A stretch of 32,934 nt of DNA from Actinomycetales bacterium (GCA_038233875.1 JBBSVB010000001.1:1-32934), one strand, 5' to 3'. Numbered from the stretch's first letter, positions 9,335-20,771 are shown. Notes: a model not told the origin generated them from the sequence alone. Numbers and translations: made by a program.

Positions 9335-9696
9335 CAGCGGTTGTGTTCGCCCAGCATCACGGAAATTTTGAAGAACTCGGCTACGGCGGATGCCTCGGAT
9401 TCAGGCAACCGGCAAACATAGCGGAAGTCGGGAGTCCCCCACCACTTTCGGTGGACGGTTCGGTGGAACCGCGCTTGCCACCATGCCTGCTTGAGGTTGT
9501 GCTCGGGCTTGGCGGGCGATTCGATCTTGCGCACCGACGAGTCGGGATTTGTAGTCCGGTTCACGCAGATTGCGACGTTCGGGTTGCGCTGGGCGACAGC
9601 GACAGGGCGAGCGTTGTTGCCGTGCCGGTCTCCATTGGTCGATGTGCTCGGGGACGCCCTGTACAGGTCACCGGGCTGAGGGTCTGCGTCGGGCAT
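9334..9696 (-). CDS. Divergent PemK/MazF-like putative endoribonuclease toxin
   Basis: 120 aa; QPGDLYRA, RPVAVA, ICVNRTT and YVCRLPESEASAVAEF follow the MazF pattern (GDI.., RPxxV, PxTT, IGxL plus helix); TGATG coupling to next gene. Confidence 0.55.
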   Translation of the reverse strand: MPDADPQPGDLYRASPSTSTNGDRHGNNARPVAVAQRNPNVAICVNRTTNPDSSVRKIESPAKPEHNLKQAWWQARFHRTVHRKWWGTPDFRYVCRLPESEASAVAEFFKISVMLGEHNR

Positions 9697-9836
9697 CTCG
9701 GCACTTTCTCGTTTGGTCTAACACAGTCATATCGGCTGGCTAACCCCGCGCTGTAGCCACGTGCAACATTGCTTCGCGTGTCCCGGACGAGGTCGCGCGG
9801 TCTAGCGGCGGGTGGCGGGTTTCGGTGCTGCGTCTC

Positions 9837-10511
9837 CTACTTTGCGGCGGCGGACTTGTAGGCCCTGACCTGCGCTTTGAGGACGTTGGTGATGTCGTCG
9901 GCGCTGGCGTTCATTAGCCCACCACCTCCGGTGTTGATGAGAGCCGGTCCAACGAGGGCGAAGTTTTGGAGGCCGGTGGCCTCGTCGGTGGAGATCTTCA
10001 CGCCGAGAGAGGCGTCGCCGACCTTGGCGGCGGACATGGCAGCGTAGGTGTACTTGGTGCCCTTGTCGGTCTCCCCGGTGCACGTTTCGAGAGCGTCAGC
10101 GAGAGCCGTGTACGCGGCCTTGGCTTCCTTGGCGTTGGCGTACTGGCGGATGCCGACGGACAGCACTTCGCCGGAAAGTCCGCTGCCCTTTGTGAAGTCG
10201 CGAGAGATTTTGATCTTCTCGTTGAACGGCGGCTTGTAGTTGCAGAATGTCTTGTTGGTGCCGGGGCTGGGCGGGTCTTGGGAGTAGCCGGGCGGCAGGT
10301 CACTGATGCTGATGAGGGCCTTGGTAAGGGCGGGTTTGCCGAGGACCCGGTAGGCCGGGGCAGCAGGCTTCGCCGGGGCGGGCGTCGTCTTGGTGCCCGA
10401 CCCACTGTCGGAGCCTGCGGTCGAGTCGCCAGAGCCGCCACCGGAGCCGCAGCCGGTCAGGAGCAGGGTGCTCGCAGCGAGGGCAGGGAGGAGGGTCCGA
10501 GAGGGGTGCAC
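9837..10511 (-). CDS. Lipoprotein with PknH-like extracellular sensor-type domain
   Basis: Lipobox LTGC, Gly/Ser/Pro linker, ALISISDLPPGY, paired Cys, VGDASL. Confidence 0.7.
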   Translation of the reverse strand: MHPSRTLLPALAASTLLLTGCGSGGGSGDSTAGSDSGSGTKTTPAPAKPAAPAYRVLGKPALTKALISISDLPPGYSQDPPSPGTNKTFCNYKPPFNEKIKISRDFTKGSGLSGEVLSVGIRQYANAKEAKAAYTALADALETCTGETDKGTKYTYAAMSAAKVGDASLGVKISTDEATGLQNFALVGPALINTGGGGLMNASADDITNVLKAQVRAYKSAAAK

Positions 10512-10544
10512 GTGTGTCCTTCGTTCTGTGTTGCTGGTGGTTGG

Positions 10545-13500
10545 TCAGGTGGTGATGACGGGGAGGATCTTGTTGACGGCATCCTCGATTTGCTGGGCGA
10601 GACCAGCGGTTTCCAACGCGGTGCGGACACTTGCTCGGTTGCGTTGGAATCCGGCGTCGACGGTGACTCCGGCTGCTACCGCTTCGGCTTGGGTGACGAG
10701 TTCGACGAGGGTGGCGTGGTTTGGGTCCGTGGGGTCGTAGAGCCCGAAGTTGACGTAGAAGACGTTCTTGTCGAAGTCGCGGGCTCCAAAGAGACCCACG
10801 TTCTGGAGCGGTGTGACGCGCGTGAGGAGTGTCTTGGAGTTGAGGATGCCGGTGAGGTATCGGGCTTCGGAAACGGTTCCGACGGGTGCCCAGTACAACT
10901 TGTGCTCGATGACCGCTGTGGGGTCGTCGAGGCGTGCCGCCGCGAGCGTGTTGCCCGAGGCCGTGTAGACGACCCGGTGCTGGGCTAGCGGCAGTTGCGC
11001 CGCGAGTTGGCCGTGGTAGTCGATTCGATCCACCAGTTCGGAGGTGTCGTTAGCAACCTTGTTGGTTGCCCATTTCTGTTCGGCTTCGTCCCACCACGAA
11101 GCAAGTCCGGGGTGCTCGTCCAACTCGGCACGTTTCATGATCCGGTCTGTATCGAGCGGGAGCACGACGAGGAGTGGTCCAACGGGCCGGTAAGGCAGGA
11201 TGGTCTCACCGAGGTGAACCGGGTGAACGTGGGCAGACTCGACTGACTTCTCAATCGTTTCGACGTTCTTCCAAGGTGCCTTTTCCGTAGTGGTTCGCCG
11301 GGACCGGACGCGTCGTCGGCCTGCGCCTGCCCCTAGCGCTGGTGCGGGGGCGGGTTCTACGACGATAAGCATGCGTGGGTACAGGATCGCGCCGTTGCGG
11401 AAGACCTTTTTGTATGGGGAGACCGGCAGGTCGGCGTCGGAGTTCAACTGGGACAGGTCGCCTGTGGTAGTAGTGAAAGTGGTGGCGGCGTCGGCCCAAG
11501 TGACATCAGCGGTCTTGAGGGTGGAGGACCACTTTTCGACTGTGTGGGTCATTGCGACAGCGGGACTGGTGGCGGTGCCTGAGATAACGCAGGAGACCAT
11601 CGGGAACCCGGTCGGGGTCTTGGTGAGGTCCCATGTGGTGCCGAAGGAGACGGTCAGAGGTCCGGTTTCAACCGAGGACCAGTTCCCGGTGCGGAATCCG
11701 GTGTGCGGGAGTCGGGTGAGGGTGCCGTGAGGCATCACAAATGCGAAGCCGCCGCCAGTCTTGAGGTATTTCTCGATGGCGCGTGCAACGAAGAGAGTGG
11801 AGAGGTCGCGTCCAGATGCTCCGAGGCCACCAGTGAGGAGGTTGCGAGGCTTAGCGAGGGCCTTATAGCGGTCCTTCATGGCGGGGTCATCTTGTTGAAG
11901 CGCAGCCACGGCGGGTTCCCCACGAGGACGTCGACCTTGTTGTCGGGCTGAGCAAGCCAGATGGGCCGGATGAGGTTGCGGACGTAGTAGCCCCAGATGT
12001 GGTCGCGGCCTGTGGCTGCGAGGTCACGCATGGTCGCGAAGGTCTCCCCGAGGGTCTTCACGTCGTCAGGGTCGGTGATCTTGAGTGACTTGAGGATGGG
12101 GCCAATGAGGGTGCGGTGTTTGGCTCCGGTGGTGTCGAGGGCTTTGTCCGCCATTCGGGAAACGAGCCGGTCGAACACGGTGGCGTCTTTGAGCACAGAG
12201 ACGGGGAAGACGAGGTCGTCGTCGCCGATGATGCCGCCGCCTTTGCCGACCAGTTCGTCACTGCTGGTGGAGATTGAGACGTTGTCTTCGCGGGTGAACA
12301 GGTCGCGGTTCTGTTCCCATTGGAGGGAGTCGCCGAGATAGACCGGGACGCTGATTTCGGGGCGGTCGGCGGCTTGGAGGCGGGTGCTGGTGATCGCGAG
12401 GAGGTAGGTGACGCGAGCGAGTGTGACTGAGACGGGGTGGATGTCCATGCCGATCACGTGACGGGTGACGCTTCCGACGGCTTCACCGGGGGTGAGTCCG
12501 AAGGCTTCGACAGCCGCGAGATGGGCGCGGATCGCGTGGAAGATGAACGTTCCGGATCCGCAGGAGGGGTCGAGCACGCGCTGGGTCTCGGGGGCGCTGA
12601 CCGAAGCATTGACGACCCGGTCGGCGAGCCAGTCGGGGGTGTAATACTCGCCAAGGCTGGCGCGGTCGGCTTGGGTGATGACGGACTCGTAGAGGTGCTT
12701 GAGTACGTCGTGCTCGACCTGATCCCAGTCGAATCGGGAGATGCGGTCGGCAAGTGCCCGCACGAACTGTTCCCCGCCGGGGACTGTGGCGACCCAGTCG
12801 AAGAAGTCGGCTTCGACGACGCCGTGGATCTGGGAGCGGCTGAATTCGGTGCCTTCGACAAGATCGACGGCGGTGATGTTCGCGGCAGCCGATACGTCAA
12901 TGTTGACGACCGCGTGGGCGATGATCTCGGCGGTGAGGACAAGCAGCGTGTGGTTGATGAAGGTGGCTGAGTCGTCTTCAAAAGCGGACCCGAACGCGGT
13001 CTTGAGCAACTTGGCCCAGAGGTCTCGCTTGACGGCTACCTCGGGGTGGTTCTTGTTGGCCTCGTAGAGGACTGACAGTTCTCTGAAGTCGAGAAGGTGG
13101 CCGGGTGAGGTCGCTCCGAGGCGCTGTGAGATTTCGGCTGGGGTGGGCTTGATGGCGGTGTCTGAAACAAGGATCGCTTCGAGCCACACCACGAGCCGGT
13201 CAGCGTCACCGGCGTTTGTGAGGCGAGCAATTTCGACGACAGCACCAGTGTCGGTGCCGTCTTCGTGGAAGTCGTAGAGGATCCATTCGATGCCGTCGGT
13301 GAGAATTCCAACGAATCGGCGGTCGTAGCGGGCATGCCAGACTTTGAGGTACCCGGCCAACTGACTCTCGGCGTCGAGGCGGACGGCCTTAGTCCGGAGG
13401 TCCTTCTTCACCTCGATAACGGCGTGGCAGATGGAGACATCGACCCGGCGGCGGGTGCCGTCCTTGGTCTGCTCCTCCAACTTGGGCACGTCGTTGGGGT

Positions 13501-13621
13501 CGAGATTGAGGTCCCCAGCGACCAGCACCGTCTGGATGTCGGTCTGAATGTCGGCTTCGGTCCGCGTGCCGGTTCGCGTGGCGAGTCGGGTCACGGCCCC
13601 CTGTGTCACCTGATTCGCCAT
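10545..13621 (-). pseudogene. Type IIG-like fused restriction endonuclease/N6-adenine methyltransferase/specificity protein, split by a 1-bp frameshift near 11883-11886
   Basis: N-terminal RVD..IEVKK nuclease motif, GEYYTP, VLDPSCGSGTF, NPPW; continues in another frame with FAFVMP and TRD-like C-terminus (VVYTASG, YLTGILNS). Confidence 0.85.
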
Positions 13622-13652
13622 GTTGTCCCTTTCCCGAGATCTTGTCGTCGAC

Positions 13653-13674
13653 ACCCTAGGGGTCTGCACCGTCA
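13653..13674 (-). promoter_or_regulatory. PafBC/RecA-NDp-like promoter (1 mismatch) upstream of the RM gene
   Basis: TGACGG-tgcagacccc-TAGGGT versus consensus TGTCRG-N10-TANNNT. Confidence 0.45.
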
Positions 13675-13722
13675 GCGACAGCCGCTAAGACGGCCAATTG
13701 GTGTTCGTGGCCCGTCGCTACG

Positions 13723-14886
13723 TCATGAGCCCGAGGTTTCTATCGGGCTCAATGCTTGGCGCGCCTCGGCTAGCGGGATGCGTTCTTGTTCGATACGCCG
13801 GTGTCCGGTCCATGCGGGGTCTTTGAGGCGCTCGTAGACGGCTCGTTCTTCGTCGGTGAGGTTCGGCAGGGGTTTGTGGGTGCCTGCAGTGAGTGGATTG
13901 TTGTTGGCGTCGGTGTTGGTGCCGAACCGTTCGTAGGTGTCGTACGTGGCGGGGTCCATGAGGATGCTGGTGACGTTGATCCCGGCTTGGCGGAAGCCGT
14001 TGAGGATCTCGTAGCCGTGGGCGTCGATGTCGCCCCAGTAGTAGAGGTGTGGGGCTTCTGTGAGCCACGGGAACGCGGCTGCGGTGTTGCCTCCGTAGCC
14101 TGCGCCTTCGACTGCGATGCCACCTGCGATGGGTGGGAAGTGGATGGCGGTGTCCTTGTTCTCAGAGATCAGCACGACGCGGGGCGTGTAGGCGGGAGTG
14201 AAGGGGTCGTCGACGGTGGCGGAGTCGTGGTGTCGCTCACCGGCTGCACGGTGGGCCGGGTCGAGGTAGGTGAAGTTGACGCGGGCTGGGTGTCGTGGGA
14301 GGAGGCCGAGGTCGTCTTTGCCGCTGAGGTGTTGGACGTGTTGGCGGTGGGTGTTGAGCCATTTGGCGTGGAGCCCCTCGATGGGGACTTGGCGTGGGGT
14401 GAGGCCGGTGGCGTCGTGGGTGGCGAACCAGTCGGCGACGGTGCAGAGGAGTTCAAAGTCTGTGTCGGTGTAACCGTCGACTGCTCGTATGAGCCGTGCG
14501 TGGTCACTGATGTGCCCGAAGCGTTCGTGGAGTTTCCGGTGTCGGTGACGGCCTCGGGTGAGGCGGTGTTCCCAGTCGGGTCCCGCAACGGTGGCGGCGG
14601 TGCCGATGTCGGGGACGGTGACGTGGGTGGGGATGGTTTGGGTGGTGGCGTGGACGCGTCGGCTGGTGGTGCGGATGGTGAGGTGGCGTGGGGTTGCCCA
14701 GTCGCGCCATTCACGGACGGCTTGCTGGACGCGGGCGAAGTCGGTTTCGAGGGTCGCTTTTGGCAGGGTGCCGAGCGTGAAGTCGTGGGGCCATGCGCTG
14801 GTGTCGCCGGTGAGGTCGGTGTGCCATGAGGTGGTGAGCCGTCGTTGGATGGCGGCGGTGATGTCGCTGGGTGTCTTCATGGTCAC
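13723..14886 (-). CDS. jetD: Wadjet JetD TOPRIM nuclease (DUF3322/DUF2220)
   Basis: PRQVPIEGLHAKWL, ISENKDT, YWGDIDAHG, RIEQERIP; GTGA overlap with jetC. Confidence 0.93.
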   Translation of the reverse strand: MTMKTPSDITAAIQRRLTTSWHTDLTGDTSAWPHDFTLGTLPKATLETDFARVQQAVREWRDWATPRHLTIRTTSRRVHATTQTIPTHVTVPDIGTAATVAGPDWEHRLTRGRHRHRKLHERFGHISDHARLIRAVDGYTDTDFELLCTVADWFATHDATGLTPRQVPIEGLHAKWLNTHRQHVQHLSGKDDLGLLPRHPARVNFTYLDPAHRAAGERHHDSATVDDPFTPAYTPRVVLISENKDTAIHFPPIAGGIAVEGAGYGGNTAAAFPWLTEAPHLYYWGDIDAHGYEILNGFRQAGINVTSILMDPATYDTYERFGTNTDANNNPLTAGTHKPLPNLTDEERAVYERLKDPAWTGHRRIEQERIPLAEARQALSPIETSGS

Positions 14887-17800
14887 GGCTGGACACCAGC
14901 CCCAGTCAGGTTTGCCGGGGCGGGGCTGTGTGGCTTGGGGATGAGAGGGGCGAGGTACGAGTAGCCCTTCGCGTTCTTGGACATGCCGAGGATCGTGTCC
15001 ATGTGCGGTTCAAGGGCGGTGACCTTGTCGAAGGGGGCTCCGATGATGAGTTGGAACCCGAGACCCTTCCATGCTGATACTGCTCGCCCGGCGAACTCAC
15101 TGTCGGATTTCACGAACCCTTCGTCGAGGAAGACGGGTGCGAATCGGGGGCGTGCTGATGCTTCGTCGCCGAGTTGGAACCGGAGGGCTGCACCGACGAT
15201 GAAGGCGACGAGTTCTTGGGTCTCCCCCCCGGACTTTCCGCCGAGTGCTGCGTAGGTGGAGCGTTCGATGCCGTGGGCGTCGACGGCGATCGCGGTGATT
15301 ACGACGTGTTTGCGGACGTCGAGGAAGTAGTCGCGGTCCCGGTTGCTGGTCTTCGAGGTGGTTTCGCGGGTCCGGATGAGGTCCATGAATCGTTGAAGGC
15401 GTTTGAAGTAGGTCTCGATCTGGTCGTCGTTGAAGTCGGTGGTTGCACCTGAGGAGAGGACGTTGAGTTCCCTCTTGAACTTGGCGATGTCGTCGCGGTG
15501 GAGGCGTCGCAGGTCGATTTGGAGGTGGTCGCGTTCGAGGTGGTCGCGGCGGTCACCGAAGGGCAGTTTGGCGAGAATCTGGTTGATGGGTTCGAGCCGG
15601 TTCTCGATGTCGGTGATGGAGTCTTCGAACGCTCCGGCGAGGGGGACGAGGTCTTCGCCGGACCAGTCGGTGAGTTTGCGTGACCACGCTGCGCGGCGCT
15701 CTGCTAGTCCTTCGGCGACGATGTTGTCGAGGATGGCCCGGTAGCCGTCGTAGGAGTCAATGAGGACTCCGAGGTTGGGGTCGGCCCAACGGTCTTGGTA
15801 GGTCACGAAGATCGTGGTGAGCGCGGTTTCGGCGCGCTGCTTCTTCTCGTTCGCTGACTTGAGTTGTTCACCGAGGCGGGCGCGTAGCCGCTTGGTGCCT
15901 TCGTCGAACCGGTCGAGGTCCTCAGGGTCAGCCACGGCGGCGTACTCATCGTTGAGGTGGGCGATCTGGTCGTCGGTGAGAGTGGCAGTCTCGTCTGCGT
16001 TGATGCGGTCGATGATGCGGCTTGCAGCGTCCCTCTTGCTGATGACCAAAGCGACGGCGGCTTCGAGATCCTTGAGGGTTTTTTCGGCGGCGTGCTTGTT
16101 TCGCCGGGCTGCTTCGAGGTCGGCAGCGATGCGCACCTCTTCGGTTTGCAGGGCACGGAGTATGTCGTTCGCGTCGAGGATCCGGGAGTGCTGATCGGCG
16201 AGGGCGGCGATTTCAGCGGTGATCGACTCTGGGTCGATGCTGCGCCATTCGGTGTCACGGACGGTTTCGTGTGCGCCCTTGGCTCCGTGGAGGTCGGTCA
16301 TCTGCTGACGCAGGGCTGCGTCGCGGCGTCCAAGGTCACCCAGTTCGGTTTCGATGTGCGTGAGGGTGTCGGCGATCTCTTGAAGCCGCTCGACGCTGGA
16401 GAAACCGATGACGTTAGGGCTGTTGTAGTCGCCGTGTGCGCCGCTCTTGCCGTGGCGGGTCTGACCGTTAATGGTGACGCGACGGTCACGGCCTGCAAGT
16501 TCAGCGGGAGTTTCGACACAAATGGCGTCGATACCTGCGTCGCTAATGCGGTCTTGGACCCATGCCGAGAACGGGGAGTCCTTGTATTGGAGTTTCCCGC
16601 TGATGCGGGCCGGGTCGAAGTCGACGTCTTCGTGGTCGCGCAGGGTGATGCCTTGGAAGTTGATGCGCTTGATGCGCATGGAGTCGATGCGGCGGCTGAG
16701 GTGGTCGAGTTGGCGTTCGTCGACGAGCATGACGCGGGCCAGCCCGTGCAGGGTCACTTCGATGGCTTTGCGCCACCGGTTCTCGTCAGGTTGCAGGTCG
16801 ACGAGTTCGGCGACGAACGGGAGGTCGGCAGGCTGCATGCCGGTTGCTTCTGCGATGGCGACGCGTGACTCGTGAAGGTCGCGCGGGACCCTTCCTTGTC
16901 GGCCCTTGAAGGACTCGGCTTCCTTGCGCAGATCGTCGCGTTCGGCTTGGAGCGGGTAGGCGCATTTGCCGAGTTCGGCCTGTTGGTCGGTCAGTGCCTC
17001 CAAGGCTGTGTCGAAGCCGGTGAGGAATGACAGGGCGTTGGCTTGTGCCGTCGCGAAGTCGTCAGCGGTGTCGATGTGCAGGTCGAGCCGTGCGGTGCGG
17101 GTGTCGAAAATGGTACGGGCGCGTTCGGCGGTGTCGCGGTCGTTGCCGAGCCGGTTCATGTCCTCTTCGAGCCGCTTGAGGGCGCTGCCTCCGGCTTCGC
17201 GTTGTGCTTCTTGGACTTCGCGGAGCAGACCGTCGAGCCGTCCTTCTTCGGTGTGGGCGTCGCGGCGGATCGTTTCGTTGGCGAGCCGGTTGACCCGGTT
17301 GGCCTCTTCGGCTGTTTCGAGGAGGGCGTCTTGGGTGGTGAGTTTCCACAGCAGGAAGGGGTTGTCGCCCTCGCGGTGGATACCGAAGGTGTCGATGAGG
17401 TCGGCTGCCTCGATGGCTGCTTCGCGTTCGGCGTGAAGGTCCGGGAGCCGCCGCAGGACCTTCTCCTTTTCGGCGACGGTCAGCATGGCGTTGTAGGAGG
17501 CTTCGAGGTCGATGAAGTGTTCGACGGCGTTGTCGGCGGCAGCGAACGTGGCAGGTTCTTCGATGACCATTGACTTGTACAGGTCATCGACGGTGCGGAC
17601 CTGATGACCGGCTTGGATACGGGCGAGCAGGCGCAGAGCCTTGCTGCCGTCCCCGTTCGCGCCGATACCGAGCCGCGTGTAGAGGGTCTGGGAGAAGTTG
17701 CCGTACGTGTCATGCATGGTCACCTGCGGGAACCGGTTCTTCACGGCGCGCTTGTCGAACTTGGTGGCGGCGACTTCGGACCATTCGGCGAGGTTGAGTG

Positions 17801-18302
17801 GTCCGTCGCAGGTGGCGAATTTGCGGACGAGGTCGGAGTCGCGGGTTGCTCCTCGGGGGACGAAGTACAGGCGGGTGGCGGTGAACCGGCGTTTGTTGTC
17901 GTCGATGAAGGTCATCGCGATGGCACCCCATGTGGTGCCGTCGGCTCCGCGCAGGACTTGGTCGCGGAGTTCCCCGGTTCCTGCTTCGCGGTTGCTGTCG
18001 GTCTTGCCGCGCAGGTAGGTGAGAAGGTTGCGCTGGTCGACGCTGCGGGCTCGTCCGGTGGTGGCGTCGTTGGAGGCACCGTTGAAGGGGGTTCCCGACG
18101 GCATCATCAGGGCGATGTAGGCGTCGAGGAGGGTGGACTTGCCGGTGCCGGATGCACCTGAGATGAGGGTGCCGTCCGGTGAGAAGTTGACGGTGGTGGG
18201 GCCGTGGAAGCCGCCCCAGTTGACCATCTGCAGCGTTTCGGCTTTCCACTGTGTGGTGCCTTCGGTGGCTCCTTCGATGTAGAGCAGGGCGTCTTGTGTC
18301 AT
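14883..18302 (-). CDS. jetC: Wadjet JetC SMC-like ATPase
   Basis: [11 protein letters not shown], Walker A GASGTGKS, long coiled coils with [10 protein letters not shown] hinge, KSGGE signature, VFLDEGF; ATGA overlap with jetB. Confidence 0.95.
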   Translation of the reverse strand: MTQDALLYIEGATEGTTQWKAETLQMVNWGGFHGPTTVNFSPDGTLISGASGTGKSTLLDAYIALMMPSGTPFNGASNDATTGRARSVDQRNLLTYLRGKTDSNREAGTGELRDQVLRGADGTTWGAIAMTFIDDNKRRFTATRLYFVPRGATRDSDLVRKFATCDGPLNLAEWSEVAATKFDKRAVKNRFPQVTMHDTYGNFSQTLYTRLGIGANGDGSKALRLLARIQAGHQVRTVDDLYKSMVIEEPATFAAADNAVEHFIDLEASYNAMLTVAEKEKVLRRLPDLHAEREAAIEAADLIDTFGIHREGDNPFLLWKLTTQDALLETAEEANRVNRLANETIRRDAHTEEGRLDGLLREVQEAQREAGGSALKRLEEDMNRLGNDRDTAERARTIFDTRTARLDLHIDTADDFATAQANALSFLTGFDTALEALTDQQAELGKCAYPLQAERDDLRKEAESFKGRQGRVPRDLHESRVAIAEATGMQPADLPFVAELVDLQPDENRWRKAIEVTLHGLARVMLVDERQLDHLSRRIDSMRIKRINFQGITLRDHEDVDFDPARISGKLQYKDSPFSAWVQDRISDAGIDAICVETPAELAGRDRRVTINGQTRHGKSGAHGDYNSPNVIGFSSVERLQEIADTLTHIETELGDLGRRDAALRQQMTDLHGAKGAHETVRDTEWRSIDPESITAEIAALADQHSRILDANDILRALQTEEVRIAADLEAARRNKHAAEKTLKDLEAAVALVISKRDAASRIIDRINADETATLTDDQIAHLNDEYAAVADPEDLDRFDEGTKRLRARLGEQLKSANEKKQRAETALTTIFVTYQDRWADPNLGVLIDSYDGYRAILDNIVAEGLAERRAAWSRKLTDWSGEDLVPLAGAFEDSITDIENRLEPINQILAKLPFGDRRDHLERDHLQIDLRRLHRDDIAKFKRELNVLSSGATTDFNDDQIETYFKRLQRFMDLIRTRETTSKTSNRDRDYFLDVRKHVVITAIAVDAHGIERSTYAALGGKSGGETQELVAFIVGAALRFQLGDEASARPRFAPVFLDEGFVKSDSEFAGRAVSAWKGLGFQLIIGAPFDKVTALEPHMDTILGMSKNAKGYSYLAPLIPKPHSPAPANLTGAGVQP

Positions 18303-19120
18303 GGGGTGCTGTCCTCCAGCATCGGGTCGCTGGGCTCGGTCGTCGTGGCCGGTGTTTCGTTTTCGAGGATGAGCCATTCCCAGAGTTCTTGAAGGCGAGG
18401 CAGGGGGAGCAGGACGGCGATGACCGGGGCGATGCGCAGCCGTTCGGTGTCGTTGGTCTTGAGCAGGATCTTGGCCTTGATGAGCGCGTCGATCGCGTTG
18501 ACGGTGCGCTTGGCATCCCCGGAACGGTTCGTGGCGTGTGAGGGCCGGAACGTGGTGACGTGGGCCATCAGGTCTTCACGGTCCACGTGGACGCTGTCGT
18601 GGCCTGCGGAACGGTCGCTTTGGAACCGGTGCCGCAAGAACACCATGAGGATGGTTTCCTCACGGCTGTAGGCGGTGTCGTGCAGCATCGTGGGGAACTG
18701 CCTGTTGCCGCCTTCGGCTGTGGCCTGCCGCTTGAACGCCACTTGGTGCTGGTGGTCGATGTGCAGGTCGAGGAACATGTCGTTCAGTCGTGCCTTGATG
18801 GCTGTCGGGGTCTCGACCAGTACCCGCCATTCGGTGGGGTTCTGGGCTGCGCTGATGTATCGGTTCTTCATCAGGGTCACGAGGGTGCGTCGCTGTACGA
18901 GGGAGAGTCCGCCTTCGTCGCCGTCGAAGAGCGACAGGGTGGACGTTTCGAGGTCTTCGTCGTCGAGGAATGCGTCGCCGCCCGCGCTCTCGTCGAACCC
19001 TTCTTCGTCTTCGGCGTCTTCGGCTTCGCCATCGTCAGTGGGGTCGGCGAGGTCGTCGGGAGCGTCTGTGGCGAGTGCGTCGTCGGCGTCGTCAGAGGAG
19101 GGCTGGGTCTCGTCGGTCAC
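18299..19120 (-). CDS. jetB: Wadjet JetB (DUF4194, KITE) with acidic N-terminal extension
   Basis: [34 protein letters not shown]; lies between jetA and jetC with 4-bp overlaps. Confidence 0.9.
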   Translation of the reverse strand: MTDETQPSSDDADDALATDAPDDLADPTDDGEAEDAEDEEGFDESAGGDAFLDDEDLETSTLSLFDGDEGGLSLVQRRTLVTLMKNRYISAAQNPTEWRVLVETPTAIKARLNDMFLDLHIDHQHQVAFKRQATAEGGNRQFPTMLHDTAYSREETILMVFLRHRFQSDRSAGHDSVHVDREDLMAHVTTFRPSHATNRSGDAKRTVNAIDALIKAKILLKTNDTERLRIAPVIAVLLPLPRLQELWEWLILENETPATTTEPSDPMLEDSTP

Positions 19121-20613
19121 TGTGCCTCCTCGGTCTGTTCGTGCAGTGCGACTAGGTCTTCGGGGTCGAGGCTCATCCGGGGGACGAGGAACTCGCGGTG
19201 TTCACCGCCGGGGCGGATGGCCTTAAACACTTCGGTGTCATCGGCACCTTCAAGCGCGTCAAGGCGTGACACCACATGCAAGAGGCCGAGGATTTCGACT
19301 GGGCGACGCAACTCGTCGGGAAGTTCGTTGAACATTTGCCCTACCGAGTCGGTGTCACCGGTCGCGAACGCCTCGGTCAGCGCAGTTCGCAGATCACTCA
19401 GGGAGGGTCCGCCTTGCTGCCGGATCTGTTCCAGCGTGAGCGCCTCGGGAGCCTCATCGGCGACGTTCTCAAGCGGCGGTGGCGGTGCGGCGGACGCCGG
19501 GTCGTAGAACCGTTCACGCATGTGACCCACCTCGACGGTGGGAGGGATAAGTTCCACGTCGACGGTGACGCGTGGCCCGGCGGTTTCCATCCACGTAACG
19601 AGTTCACGTTCGATCCCGCGCAGGGTGCGGTCCAGTTCACGTTCGGCAAGCACGTCATGGTTGACGATGTGTTCGCGCAGTGTCGCGGTGAGCCGGTGAC
19701 GTTGGGAGAGAACGTCTTTGGTGCCCTGACGGATGAGCCCGACAGCGCCCCGGAACTCGGTCACGTCTCCGGGTTCGAGGTAGGCAGCGAACGGGTGACG
19801 AAGGATGGCCTGCACGTTCTGGTCGAACTCCAACATGAGTGCGGGGTCGCGGAGAAGCACGAAGGCCCCGTCGAACGCACGGCCCTCGGGGGTCGAGCGG
19901 ATGAGTTCTTCTTGGCGTGCGAGGTAGTCATCAAGGACCTCGCTGACCCGGCGGTCTTCTTCACGGAAGTCCCGAAGAATCTCCCGGTGCATCTGGGCGA
20001 CCGACTCCTCGACTCGTTTGAAGTCCGAGGGCAACTGGCCGATGAGGTCCACAAGGTTGACGTAGCCGTCGAGCATGCGGTCGGTAGAGGCAACCTCGAC
20101 TGCCCCGCCTGCGGCGAGCCGGTCCCGTTCGGCTTCGAGTTCACGGATTTGATCGTTGAGCCGTTCGATGCGCGCGTCGGCGTCGGGGCTGGCTTCGAGT
20201 GCCCACCGGCGCACCGCATCGAGGATGGTGTTCAGCCTTGACTCGCTCAGCAGCGCTCGCTCACGCGACATGGACTGGACGAGATCGAGGGCCTCCAACG
20301 CGTGGGAGGTGAGCGAATACTCCGGGCCATCGTTGCCGTCTGCGCGGTAAAGCCACTGGTCTCGTGTCCATTGCATGCACAGCGACCTGCCGGTCGCGTT
20401 CGGCGGAAGGGTCTCCCCCACGGTGCGGAGGTCGTCGAGGTAGGCGTCAACCTGCGCGTGGAGCCGCTCGGAGGCCGCGGCGCGACGGTCCCGGCTGAAC
20501 GTGGAACGGAAGATGGCGACGACCAGCGGTGCCCACTTGGAATCAAGCAACCGAAGGGTCGGGCGTTCAAATGAGTCCCGCGTACGCGCAAGTTCACCGC
20601 GAATCTCGCCCAT
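19117..20613 (-). CDS. jetA: Wadjet JetA (DUF3375, kleisin)
   Basis: [39 protein letters not shown]; first gene of a four-gene coupled operon. Confidence 0.92.
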   Translation of the reverse strand: MGEIRGELARTRDSFERPTLRLLDSKWAPLVVAIFRSTFSRDRRAAASERLHAQVDAYLDDLRTVGETLPPNATGRSLCMQWTRDQWLYRADGNDGPEYSLTSHALEALDLVQSMSRERALLSESRLNTILDAVRRWALEASPDADARIERLNDQIRELEAERDRLAAGGAVEVASTDRMLDGYVNLVDLIGQLPSDFKRVEESVAQMHREILRDFREEDRRVSEVLDDYLARQEELIRSTPEGRAFDGAFVLLRDPALMLEFDQNVQAILRHPFAAYLEPGDVTEFRGAVGLIRQGTKDVLSQRHRLTATLREHIVNHDVLAERELDRTLRGIERELVTWMETAGPRVTVDVELIPPTVEVGHMRERFYDPASAAPPPPLENVADEAPEALTLEQIRQQGGPSLSDLRTALTEAFATGDTDSVGQMFNELPDELRRPVEILGLLHVVSRLDALEGADDTEVFKAIRPGGEHREFLVPRMSLDPEDLVALHEQTEEAQ

Positions 20614-20643
20614 CAACCCTCACCCCCGCTCGCCGTCCGATGA

Positions 20644-20665
20644 ACGGTAAGGGAACCCACCGACA
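20644..20665 (-). promoter_or_regulatory. PafBC/RecA-NDp-type DNA-damage promoter upstream of jetA
   Basis: TGTCGG-tgggttccct-TACCGT, exact consensus, 30 nt upstream of the jetA start. Confidence 0.7.
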
Positions 20666-20771
20666 GATGGTGGACGGACCAACAATCCACTTCAGCCGTT
20701 GAGACCGGCCCTTCGAAATGGTCGAAGCGACTAAAACCGCAGGTCAGGGGTAGCAGTTCCTTAATGGCCCA

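Noticed and set aside
20733-20747. AAAACCGCAGGTCAG motif often seen in actinobacterial mobile DNA
   Set aside because: Single copy and no function I can support
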